Source: Tricharina praecox (lineage: Eukaryota). Taken from it: a stretch of DNA of 64,000 nucleotides. How positions within the stretch are numbered: position 1 is the first letter of the stretch; each line of letters starts with the position of its first letter. The stretch spans positions 248,001-312,000 of the forward strand of contig NW_026250429.1 in assembly GCF_024521635.1 (NCBI RefSeq), written 5' to 3'. Position numbers and translations under genes: made by a program. The notes under the pieces are model-generated. The model did no database searches. It saw only the letters and a program-made list of their open reading frames with translations, and had not been told where the DNA came from. Shown one piece after another: positions 51,927 through 64,000 of this stretch.

Positions 51927-54900
51927 GAACTGTATTCTCTTCCGATGAAGTGATCAATGGTCATAAAGGAAGATCGATGCGGATTGATATCGATTCATCT
52001 TCATCGTCCTTTTTTTCTTTTAGAAATTAGAACAAATGGTCATCCATTTAGGAGACTGTGGTGTTAGACGTCTAACGAGTTGGCATGACGGGCTTTGCTA
52101 ATACATACATGTATACCTCCTATCTGCTTCCGTCGACCAAGAGAGCATCGAGAGCGTAGCTTCGTGGCGAGGCACTATCATCGTAGCACGACCGAGCTAG
52201 CCTTACGGACAAGAGGAAGTGTCAATCAAGTACCTAACTCGTATACTTGTGAATGTTTGATTGATATTTCTGGCAGGTCTGTAATCCCATCTGACCTCGA
52301 CGTAACGGAGAAGCCGGTGCGTACGTTCAGCATCACGCCACTGTTGCTGTCGGTGATCCTACCATGTCCTCGGGCTCGGTCTCGGACGTGGGCTCGAACT
52401 CGATTTTGCAGGTGAGCAACAGCCGAGTGACCACCTAGGTAGATGCTCACGGACAGTTGGTTTGCATACCTATCTCGCAGCGCAACGGCCTCTCGTACGT
52501 TCGGATCGATGGAGATGAAGTGGGGAATCGGCAACACCAAAACTGATGGAGCCAGTGATAGGCTGTCTTCCTCTTCCTCCTTTCCCAAACAAAATTTTAC
52601 ATTTTTGGCTTTTAGCTGATGTTTCTATTGTGGCTGTACATGGTAAGACTCAGGGCTACGGACCTACGGTACAGTTTTCCTATCATAGGTTCGCAGCGAG
52701 ACCAGCATGCTCCTCGAGTGCGAGCTAGTGATGAAGACGCACACCAACAGCAAGCATCACACATGCCCTCCCTCCTTCCGTCCCGATGCACTTATTCCCA
52801 TCCCCTTGGCAACCGCACGTCCGGTGCCGTGGTTCGAGATGGGGTACATGCCTACGTCCCACATGACCTACGAATTCGGATTCGTCACGATCGGCCCATG
52901 CTGTTGGCATGGAGTGTCTCGGTCTCTGCAGTCGGATGGGAAGATATCTCCCCCGCTACACATGCACCACAGCGTCGGGATTTCAACGCTGTCCGTGGGA
53001 TTCGCGATGACCGATGACCGATGTGACAGCAGTACGATATGTAGCTGCAGCATCCGTCGTCCCGATGCGGCCTGGGCTCTTCCACTCGAGCGATCGCACT
53101 CTGGCGGAGCCACGTGAGTACCGAAAATACCTATGGCGATGTGAAACGGTGCTTCGGCGGTGACGAGGTAGGTATTTCAGGGGCGTGCATGGGATGCGTC
53201 CATGCACATCTGATGGGCGTGGGATCATGGAACCGTCGGACTTACACGGTGAATCACACGAGAGCACTCGGGCTGTGCCTGGCGGCGGTGGGGACTGCCC
53301 TGCGTGATAACTGGGGTTTCCATCGTATATCTGAGCCGTATGGGCCGTCTCTCCTTGTAACTGTCTCTCTTCGTGAGGCTCTCGCAGCCGTAGGGAGGAT
53401 CGCGGTGTGAGGTCGTGTGTGTTGTCCTCGGCGCTGAGCCACGATGTAGATCTCGGCTCAGCCCTGCATGGGTTTTAGCCACTGGCACCCGCAACCCGCA
53501 TCTCGGCTGATGATCTCATGACCGGCCATATGTATGCAGATATGTAGCCCGGTTCTTCTTTTTTTCCGCCACGGCTGGCTCGGGTAGTATGCATGGCGTA
53601 TGCAACATACGAACGATCCCACACTTAAGCTTATGCACACATACCTACATTCCTACCTGGGTACATATTCTACACACTGGGGGAGGGGCGGGGTGTGGCG
53701 GGCGGAGCGACGTCCCTGGACTCCCGGATTCCCGATTCCCCGCAAAGACTACACGTACATACGTGTTCCAGCCCGGTGCAGACGCGATAAGATCGAATCT
53801 GCTTCTACGATCATCAGGGACGGACCCGGGACCGGAACGACCAGATCCAGAATTCCAGACGTTCTAACTTCTCACCGGGGGGGCGGGGGGGGAAACGAAA
53901 AAGAAAGGATCGTGTGTGCGGTGTTTAATCTTCAGAACCACATCTTCGATCGCATCTGTGGACGCAAGATAACGGGAGGGGGACGCCTGAGGGGCTGCTG
54001 CTACTTAGAGTACTGCTTCCAAACGCCAACGGGTGGTGGGTGGTGGGCAAACAGACAAACGAACAGCGTCCGGACACGCAGTATCACTCAACCGCCCTAC
54101 CCGCAGGGGGGGGACAACCCCCGCTTCGCCCCGCGTCTTCCGCCACGCCCGCTCGCTGCACGCCACAGCTCGCGCCCCCCGCCCGGATCGCAATCAACCA
54201 ACGCACCCCCCTTTTTCGCTCCCGGGCACATTTCCATTACCTATCTTCCGTACCGAAAGGGTTTGGCGGGGGGGGGCTCACGCCACATCACCCAGCGTCT
54301 CCGGACGCATAACGTATTATCAGCATCCGTTGTTTTTTTTCTTTTCTTCAATAGGCGATGTTATTTATGTTTGGTGACGTTTATTCCCAATCTAGTTTTT
54401 TTTTCTTTCGTTTTTTTCCTTCTTACCTAGCTGCGAGCGCGCCACATCATCAACCTCATCGGAAAAACGTACCTCCATCTCCGCCATGCAAGATCGTCCC
54501 CACATGTTGAGATCCGCGCGGGCAGGAGCGAAAGCGTGGCATTTATCTGCGTGCGCTGTGTGTGTGGTGTGTGTGTGGGGGGGAGGAGGGGCGCTTCCGT
54601 ACGGGGGTGACGCTCGAGTGAACGTTTTGGCTCGCAACTTATCGGGCCAATGGGAAGGGGCGGGGGTGGTAGTGGTGGTGGTGGTGGTGGTGGTGCTGGT
54701 GGTGGTGGGGGTGGGGGGAGAAGAACGGAGGAAAAAAAGGGACGTGGTGCTCCAAGCAATGCGGAAACAGACAATCTGCAGCCCCGGATGGTACAGTGGG
54801 GAAGAGAGATCTTGGAATTTGCGGTGCGATCTTGCATGAGCTCGATGAGGATCACTTCCGACGTTTGATATCGGGCGGAGGGGGGTGTTGACTCGCTGTG

Positions 54901-57900
54901 TCGCTCACGAGAAGTCACTCGGTCCAGGAACTGCCGACAGATTGAGATAGGTACGAAAGTGAGCGAATCAACGAGAGGGGCTGGTAGCCACTACTAACTA
55001 CTACTACCACTGCTACTACTGCTACTACTACCTACTACCACTGCCTAAGTGTGTAGGTGGATAAAATACGTACCCGGATCACTCTATCTATGGCTTCATC
55101 TATCGAGAGCTGTCGTCGATCGCACGTCCCCCACCACCCCACCCCAAGGAACAGGCACACTTCTGAAGAGCTGCCGCACACATACGAGTATCTAGTTACA
55201 GGCTGCATGAGGAGAATACGGAGGCGAGGTGTGGAACCGCGTGGGCTATCTTTATACCGGCTGCCAACTACCTACCCAGAGGGAGCTATCGGTGCAGTAG
55301 GTATGTATGTAGGTACGGATAGTTATCTAGACAGCATGGATGGATACCGTAGCTGCCATGTACGGTGGTACATTCACTGGCAGTGGGTACCGACCCAGTC
55401 AGCATACCTGCCCTACCCACACACAGGTAGGTCCATACATACGACCGGGGGACATGTGGATTACGGTAGGTATTGCGAGAGAATACGACGGAAGTCGGAA
55501 TACTACTGCTATCATACTATCATACTATCAGATCTGTAGTGGAAACATCGCAAGGTAGGTATGTAAAAGTATGACCTGCGTCCGACGTCGTCGTCCGTCG
55601 GAGGCTTTCGTTCGGATCTATTCCTAGTATGTAGGATGTTGACATCTCCCTCACACCACCACACAACCGGCGTCCAGCGACCCAGGAGCAAACCTGGTTG
55701 GTGGGTTATAGTATGTAGATTTGTTGGATTGAGTTTTTTTTCTTTCTTTCAATTCTGCCGCACTTCCGCCGCCGTCTGGGTAGATGTCCGCATCGAGGGA
55801 ATATATGCGGGGGAGGGGGGGAGAGATATATGAACTCGCGCAAGTAAGGCTGATTGACTATTCGATTTACAGCCACAGATACGCAATCTTCACGGAATCA
55901 CGGTGGAAGACGGCAGGTCTGCATGGTGGTTGCACTATACTACTGGCAAAGAGTAGAGTACCTAAATCCACATGTCCGTAGGTAGGTAAGTAGTCGGTAG
56001 GTTGGTTGGGTATGTAGGCATAAACCACGCCGTCCGTGGTACGACATAACTGTGGATAGGCATGTACCGTAGGTCCGTAGCAGGTTGTGGGTCGTTACAA
56101 CTGAGGAAGCCCACGCCCCCGCCTCCCCCTCTCAACCAAAATCCAGACGCCGGGCTGTTCCGCGAGTCGATACCAACCTCGGCCGGCGCACTCTTCCAAC
56201 AGTGGGCGGCTATCTGGCCGATGGCTGACTGACTGACTGGGTGTAGCTGTGGCGCAAGTGAGACTGTGAGAGTACCAGGTGAATTTATCCAGCCGTAGTA
56301 TGTACTGTACATACCCAGGTAGGTAGTGGGGTACCTGCCTAAACCGCCTACCTATCCGCGATTGGATTTGGATTCGGTTCCCCCACCGATTTTGCTTCTG
56401 GCCTGATAACGGGTTCCGAGGTGGGATGGTGACGGATGCGGGTGTAACTATGATACCTACGGAAGAAGTTGTGGGGTGCGAGGTGGGTAGAGTACATATC
56501 TACATACATACATGGTAACATAGCAAGCATGTGAGTGCAAAGGCTGCATAGTTCTGTAGGTAACACTACTTGTCGGTACCTATTCCCTCGTGCAAGGCTG
56601 GGTACTACCGAGCCATATGAAAGCCTCGGTGTGTTTTATTTTTGCGGAAGCGGATTGCCATGCCATCGCCGACGCGGGAGAAACTTTTATCCAGGCCGAG
56701 GCGTGGCAAAGAGCCTGATACGATATCTACCTATGTGAGGTTGTGGTTGCCGTAGTGATGATGCACGGAGGATACAGTAAGAAGTACTTAACTTGTACCA
56801 CACACTCTAGATTGCATAGAATATCCGAATCTGGGGATAATTGTTCCACCGCTGCCCGTGGACGCGAGCTACATACATATGTGCATTATATGGATGATTA
56901 GCCTGCCAACTACGGATATGCACGGAACATGTTTTGAAACAGACCTCTCCGGAAGTTGTCCGTCCCCTTCACTCTACTAACTTTACGAATAATGTAAATA
57001 CTGCCCATCCAGTTCCAGTTGAAATCGGTATCTCGCGTCGATGACCGGGCGTATAGGACCCCCTCGATCTCCTTACTTACAATTAATCTTTCCCTTAACT
57101 ACCTAGGCAGCGGCCGTAGATGAAGTCGATGTGGATGTGGAGTTTACCCGCGGCGCACGTGTGTATGTATGTAGATATCTACATGCGTGCGAGTACATAC
57201 TGTACACACATTACCTATTGCGAAAGCAGGCAGTATAGGTACGTATACAGTACTAACCATATATTTGACTTGACGTGGCGGGACGGACGGACGTCGGACG
57301 CTGGCTTCTCCATGATATGATATGATGCCTTGAACCTTCCATGTTGTAGATCAACGAACGACAGTTCCGTACATACATACGACGGGCCGCGGGCCTTTCC
57401 CCACGCGCAGCGTACGTACGTTACTCTAGGTACTCCACATACGTCGCCTGCAACCGCACGCGCTCGATATTGCCTTGCCTTGCCCCCTCACCCCCCGCGA
57501 TGTATGTAGTTACAGATGAGTCGCACATAAGTACTTTCTTCAGATAGATTGCGGTGGTGTCGTCGTCGCCGCTGGCCGCATCTGTCAGTACGGTAGGTGC
57601 CGGTATGGAGTATGTATGGAGTATGTATGTGCATATGTGGTTGCGGGTAAAAAATGCCGGATCTTTCCTCACCTGTTTTTTTTCTTTCTTTTTCCTTTGC
57701 ATTTGCCTTTTTCCTTACCTTTCCGTTCCCATGAGGTGATGTCGTCCCGACAAACTCGATACACAACTACCTCATGCGATACGCTCGGGATACTACCTAC
57801 TAGTAGGTGGGTAATTACCTCCTGCTGCTCTGCATCGGAACTGGAGTCTGGAGGTAGGTATCAGGAGCTAAGGTTGTGCGGACGGCTCTGCGGATATCGA

Positions 57901-60900
57901 TCCCTCCCCCTCCGCGGCCCTCCTCCGCTTTCCCCAGATCTGCGTGGACGAAACTTGCTGAAGCCAAGTTGTTGCATACCCGAGACATATTGCGCACGTA
58001 GATACGTACTGTACCAAGATGGACGATCGAATCCGAGTCTTCAATGATGTAACGTTGACGGTCGCGATGGCCGCGGTCTCTATTATCGGTATACCTACTA
58101 CAAAGTCTAGGCAACCTATTACATACCGGTGATGCGATGCGATGTGCGGTTTTTTTCTTCTTTTCTTCATGCAGGTACAGACGGAGAACCTTGCTTTTCT
58201 TTTTCTTTTCCTTCTTTCTTTCTTTCACATACATATAATTTTAGGTTGACGAGCATGAGAAGCGGAGGGAGATCACCGCCGACACTAATTAACCACCTAC
58301 GTCGACAAGGCTCGAACCGAGACTCAACTGCCGCTGCCGCAAAGAAAGCAGGCAAGCAAGCAAACATCTGATACATATCGGGAGATGCAAGATGGGGAAT
58401 ATGGGATGACGTCGGGCGAATTCGGACACAAGGGAGTAACGAGCCGAAGCTCCCGTCGTGTGTGTGTGTGTGAGCGGGATCGTCCCCTTCCTCCTCCTGC
58501 TCCTGTACTGCATGTACTTGCTCTACACGGAAGGATGGCCAGTCATCAGCTCACCCACCCTCCTGAAGCTGGGGAAGAGAGAGACCGAGATCGCTGGGGG
58601 CGTGGGGCGTGGGGCGTGGGGTAGGGGAAGGAGCTCGGCTCTGGCAGTCCGTTCACCCGGGCCAAGCTCCGCGAAACATGCGGAGAGGTGCTCCTCCCAA
58701 CAAACCGACATCTTATGCCTCGCACGAGCACGAGCACGAGCACAAGCACGCGCTGTACATAGCACGAGCTGCTGCAACCACGGACGTTTCAACGGAGCGT
58801 GGAAATCTTCCGGCGCTTTCCGGGCTTTTGGATCGCGACGAACGCGGAGAACCCTCCCTCCCCCGGCCCCAGCCCAGCCCAGCCCTGGCCCTGGCCATGA
58901 CGGATGTCTGCTGTTGTGATCGTCACCTTCAGGGCCCACCACCACCAAGTGCCACTACTTGGCTAGCTATGTAACTAAACAAACTTACCCCAGCATTCTT
59001 GATCGTGCTCCGAAAAGCTAATCGATAGCGGCCACGTCGGTGTCTCTCGGTCCACGGGAAGAGGCAGACAGGCGAATTGCGGCCCCGCGATACCTGGCTG
59101 GCTGGCGCGCGCGCACGCGGATGTAAATGTTGATATGTATGGATATCGGCGTAGCGCACCAGCAGCCAGCTACCTACCCATAGAATAACAATACCTACGA
59201 TAGGTATGTAGGTATGCAAGTATCCGAACTTACCCCAGATTCCAAATTCTCTTTCCGTTCTTTTCGTTTTCGTGGTGATGGTGGTGTTTCATTCTGGGGG
59301 TGGGTTGTCCCCGGATCTTCAGCCCTGGTCCGGGAAGGAAGTAGATATGTGTCTGGATAGAGGTGTGCCCCGGTGTGCAAGTACCCAAGTACCCAAGTAC
59401 CTTGGTATCTCATACCTGTCTGTAACCCCCCACATTTTCGACTTCCCCACCACCAGTGCCACCAACAGGTAGTAAATCGAATGCGGATCCGATCTTCATC
59501 AAACACAAACACATCCGGGGTAACCCCATAGTATGATGTATGCATGCACTACGGACTATACTCGGCGATGCATCAGGTATGTCGGAAGCTAGGTATCTAC
59601 ATACATGAATAGATATATATGGTTTCCTGGAATACACGCAACTACGGTAGACCCAGTACTAGTACCTACCTACATATTTCCGGCCGTGGATGGATGGATG
59701 TAAATGTTTGCCGGAAAGTTGCTTGTTACTTGTGGTGTTGGCCACGTCCTCCACGCCCTACCTATGGATATACATACAAGAATATTCGAGGAGATGGATA
59801 GGTAGCTAGGACTCGTGGGGGTTACCAAGCAACTAGTGTATCGAATACACATCCCCCCCGTGGGCATTCTCCCTTTCGTGCGAGCGCGCTCGCTCGGGTA
59901 TATTCCGCCCGCCAGCCAGGCAGCCAGGCAGCCAGGCTCCAGTCCGCCCGGCCGCCTCCACTCAACTGCAAATCAAAGCTCCGGTGGGATACGGTACCGG
60001 GTAGTTAGGTAGTAGAGTACAGGTACATATATCACAGCAGTGATGTAGGCAAATAGGGTTTTCGGTATGGACAGCACTATTAGCCACAGACACGGCCACG
60101 GCCACGGCTATAGATTGCGATTGATTACGATTGATTTTATCATTTCATCGAGCAGGCTTGGATTGCGCAGTCACGGACCCCCTCCGCAGTACGGTAGGTA
60201 CGCATGCTGCAGAGGCTCGGAGAGGCGCCGTCGGATCCCCGTACCGCCGTTCGCAGGGTAGTGGTTACTGGAGATATGTGCTGGAGATGGTGAAATCTGC
60301 CTGCCAATCAACCAGCCAGTCTGCCAACCAGCCGATCTCAAGGATCTTTGCCCACGTCCCCCGTGCTTTGGACAGGATGGTGACTCGGCCACCCCATACA
60401 TAGCCCCATAGCTCCATATGTAGCGTCTACATAGCAAGGCGTTGAAGTGTCGAAGCGTTTCAACGCAGGGACTGGAGATGAGAGAGAGGCGCCTTGAGTC
60501 GCGCTGGCAGGAAACGTTTAGTCCCTGGAGGCTGGGCAGGCTCGCGGCTCGTCCGCCTCGCCTCAGCAATCGTTTAAAATGCGAAGGGACCGCCACGTAT
60601 GTGCGTACGTAGATAGTACGTACGGTCAAATGTGGGGGAATTGGCAGTGGTGGAAAACACCGCTATGGAATTGCCTGTGTAGGTATGTAGGTATGTAGCT
60701 TGTATGTACATACCGACGGGAACATGGTGGGTGTTTCCTCCTGGGAGTCTGGGACTTCCCCCTTGCGTGATCCTTGGGTGCAAACTTCATGTATTCTAAT
60801 ACCGACATACCTACAATCCTACTCTGGGCAAATACCTTCTCTGGGCACTGCCGAACATGTTTTCTTCCTTTCCTGCTTTCTTGGATTGAGTTGGTTGGGA

Positions 60901-63900
60901 ACACTGCACTGCACTCTGACTGCACGGGGGATCCTCTGCCGCTCAGCGGGAACGGGGACCGTCTGTCTGCCTGCCTTCCTGCCGACTCGTTATCCGGTTC
61001 AATGGATCGGTATCTATCTGTATCAGTGAGCGGCGCGGTCGTGGGGGCGGCAAGACAGGGCCACACGTGGGGGGAAGGGGGAAGGAGGGGGGGCCAGACC
61101 TTTTCAACCAGCCGGCCCGTCACGGCCGTAAAAACAAAACAAAAATACATAAAGGGAAAGGGAAAGGGACTTTGCTCGCTGAGCCGAGCTCCTGACGACG
61201 CCCGAATCGAAATCGAAACAATCGACATTGGGTCGGAACCGATTACCTAGTATCTACCTCCCTATGCATAGGAGAAGGAGAAGAAGAACAACAAGAAGCG
61301 AACTTCGGCACTCGCAAAGTTGCAACACCGACTCCAGAGTCCACCAGTTACAACTGCCATAGGTACTCTGGGTAGGTACCTAGCACCACCAGCCCTCCCT
61401 CGGCTATAGCACATGTATGTAGCAGGAAATGTCTGAAATCAGCATACATACACGTCTCCGAAACAGCTCATCTCATCTCCTGCCATGCTACCTACCTATG
61501 ACCGTCTATTGTTTGATTGGGGGCGGCGGCAAGTTGTACTCTACTCTATGGTTATGCGCCCCCGTCCCACCCCCGTACCTACTGTGCTTTTGTGGAGCGC
61601 AGGATCCGGGGGCGCATGCGGACCTTCCCCCCCCTCGGATCATCGACAACCTCGACGTCGACGTCGTCGTCGTCAACTCGTCGGCCGGAACATTACTGTC
61701 CGTAACCGATGAGGTGATTTGCTTTTTGCGCCGGCGCCGATTCTCGCGAGTCCGTCAGTCCACATCATCCCAAACAGATGTGCGAAAAAGATGGAAGGGA
61801 AGGGAAAAGGCAGGCAGGCAAGCAAGGACTCCGACCGCCCCCCTGCGCGCGCCACCCGGGAATAGAGATAGGCACGCACGGCGGGACTAACCACAGGGCA
61901 TGGTATAGAGATATGGGGAAGTACATTCATCCGGCGCTGGTATCCCGTTTGGGGTTGCTGGCCAGGCGGCCTGGCCTTCGTCCCGCTGGTGCATAGCGCA
62001 TCACCTGGGTTTGTAGCATAGATATGTAGCTAGTCGAGGTGGAGGTGGATGTGGGGTACTACCCTATCTAGAGTACGGGAGTGTAGAGGATAGTTATCAT
62101 CCGTCACATCATCATCGTCATCATCGTCGTTGTCGTCGAGTATGTATGTAGATAGATAGATAGATATGTAGATAGGTGGGAGTAGGTGTCGGTCCATGGG
62201 GGCTTCAGCGCTATCCAGGCGATTGACCGGTTGGCTGTTGGCTGCTGGCGGTTGCTTGCGCCTGGTGAAGGGTCCCTTCCGCCCCCTCCTTCCACCTTCC
62301 ACCTTCCACCAAGGTACATACTGTACTTTATCCTGACCCTGACGACCGACCGACCAACCGACCGACGACCGATCGACCGACGACCGATCGACCGACCGCC
62401 GAGCTTCCCTTCCTTCTTCCTTCCCTCGTTACATATACCCTCCTATGCAGTACTCTGTGGGCAATCGACAGGGGCCGTGCAACGGTGCAAGTGCGGGTGC
62501 GGGTGCGGGTGCGAGAGGGGAGCAACCGTGGTTACAGACTCCGGATGATTGTTTCGAGGATATTTAACTGTCTGCCTGCATGCCGGATTGAATTTCTTCC
62601 CCTGATTCCCTGAGGGTGTACATACAGGGTGATTTTATCCTCCCGTAACTACCATGATGTGTGGAGTGTGGAGTGGCTGCATGTGAATATGTACTGTATG
62701 TATTGAATGAGGACCTCCGTATGTAACATTGTAGGGTATAGAATAGAGTGCTATAGAGTGGAGAATGTAGATAGATAGATGATAGATACCGCAGAGCCGC
62801 TATGGCAGAAAAAGGCAGAAAACGTCATCTTTTTCGGATGTGGGCTGGCCACGGCCATAATGCTGAAATGTGTGTGTGTGTGGCATAGGTAGTATCGGGG
62901 TAAGGTGGTCGGGGGGAACGGGGAGGGAGGGAGGGCTTTTTTTTGCACTGTGCCCCCCCAAAAAATCCCCGTCGTGGATAACTTTGCTAGTACCCAGCTG
63001 AGATGCCTCGGGCAATCTCGGATTGATGGAAGAACGAGCAGCGACGACGACGAGATAAGTCGAGTTCCTTCCTAGCTCCTACCCTAGGCCTAGGTACCTC
63101 CGGTATGTATGTAGGTAAGCTGGAGCCTGGAAGTATGATGCTACTTCAGCCTTCGGGCTAGGAGTTATCAATTCCAACGGCGCTGGCGATGGGGGAAAAG
63201 TGCCTACATATCGGCCACGGTGTCTACCGCCTGCCGCCGTCTTCGCCGTCGTCCGTTTCGCCGCATCAGAGATACACAGAAACAAGGCTTCCCTTTCCTT
63301 TCCAGACCAGGCTAACCATCCGTCCGGACGGATCACTGTCGGCCCCTCGGGATATTATCATATGTAGGCAATTCGGCCTCGCAGGATGCGAGTGGCGTGG
63401 CGTAAGCCTCCCCTTCTACCTCCCTTCCCTTCCCCTTCCCCACAGGCGCCTTCATCTGCAAGTTGCAAGCCGTGCAGAGAATAATGTCGGAGTCGGATAT
63501 GTATCGAGCACCAGCCCAGCCCAGTCCAGCGGCCAGCCCATCCCGCTCAGGGGGGAGGAGGAAACACCGCGCCGCACCCCACCTTGCACCTCCACCTGGC
63601 ACCTCCACCACCTCCACCTCCACCTCCCACTCCGCCATTCCCCCAGTCAAAAAGGGCATGGTTCCGTTCGGTTTGGTGCCTGGCACATGGTGTGGAGTAA
63701 AGTGCTCTACCCAGGTTCCCTTCCCAGCCAACAGCCAACAGCCAACAGCCTGGCCTAGCTGGTTCGGAAAAACTTGTTAGCCCTTGGGCTTGTGGCTGGG
63801 GCCGGGGGGGACAGGCTATGTAAACTTTCGGGCTCGGAAAAACTTGTGCGAGCTGGCCCGGCGACTAGACTCTAGTTAGTTGAGTATATAGAGTAGAGTG

Positions 63901-64000
63901 GAACCAGAGCGTCGCAGGGGTGCGTGGGTGACTGCGTGGGTGAGGAGCTCGAATTCGTTCTTTTTCTTTTACCCGTGATCTCGATTCGACGGGAAGCAGC

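Noticed and set aside
1..64000. tRNA, rRNA, snRNA, TPP riboswitch and telomere repeats
   Set aside because: GGTTCGA-like words (e.g. 5167, 21795, 52831) lack cloverleaf context, and no other signatures were found by eye. An Infernal or tRNAscan run would be needed to exclude them fully.

Overview
Eukaryotic, intron-containing DNA from a filamentous ascomycete (Pezizomycotina, inferred from short GT..CTRAY..AG introns and gene content). Eleven protein genes can be reconstructed by hand-splicing: mitochondrial ribosomal protein MrpL51/mL43 (-), a two-PAS-domain protein (-), Polycomb PRC2 subunit EED/ESC (+), SUMO ligase Nse2/Mms21 (-) head-to-head with a Rad55-like RAD51 paralog (+), a MOSC-domain protein (+), a C-terminal RING-H2 protein (-), a small conserved fungal protein (-), cytochrome bc1 subunit Qcr10 (+), an RBR E3 ligase (+) and an ENA-type Na+/K+ P-type ATPase (-). 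MrpL51 and Qcr10 are invisible in the ORF track because they are split into short exons. The last ~18 kb has no recognisable gene. Best observations: (1) a probable nested twin intron (stwintron, [D3,4] type) in EED, where removal of an inner intron creates the GTG|AGC donor of an outer intron; (2) a LAGLIDADG homing-endonuclease fragment, probably a NUMT, inside a decayed repeat region; (3) a 52-bp hAT-like MITE with an 8-bp TSD; (4) MCB-like sites in the Nse2/Rad55 bidirectional promoter; (5) a cluster of PacC sites upstream of ENA. All family assignments come from recognising motifs by eye; no database search was run.
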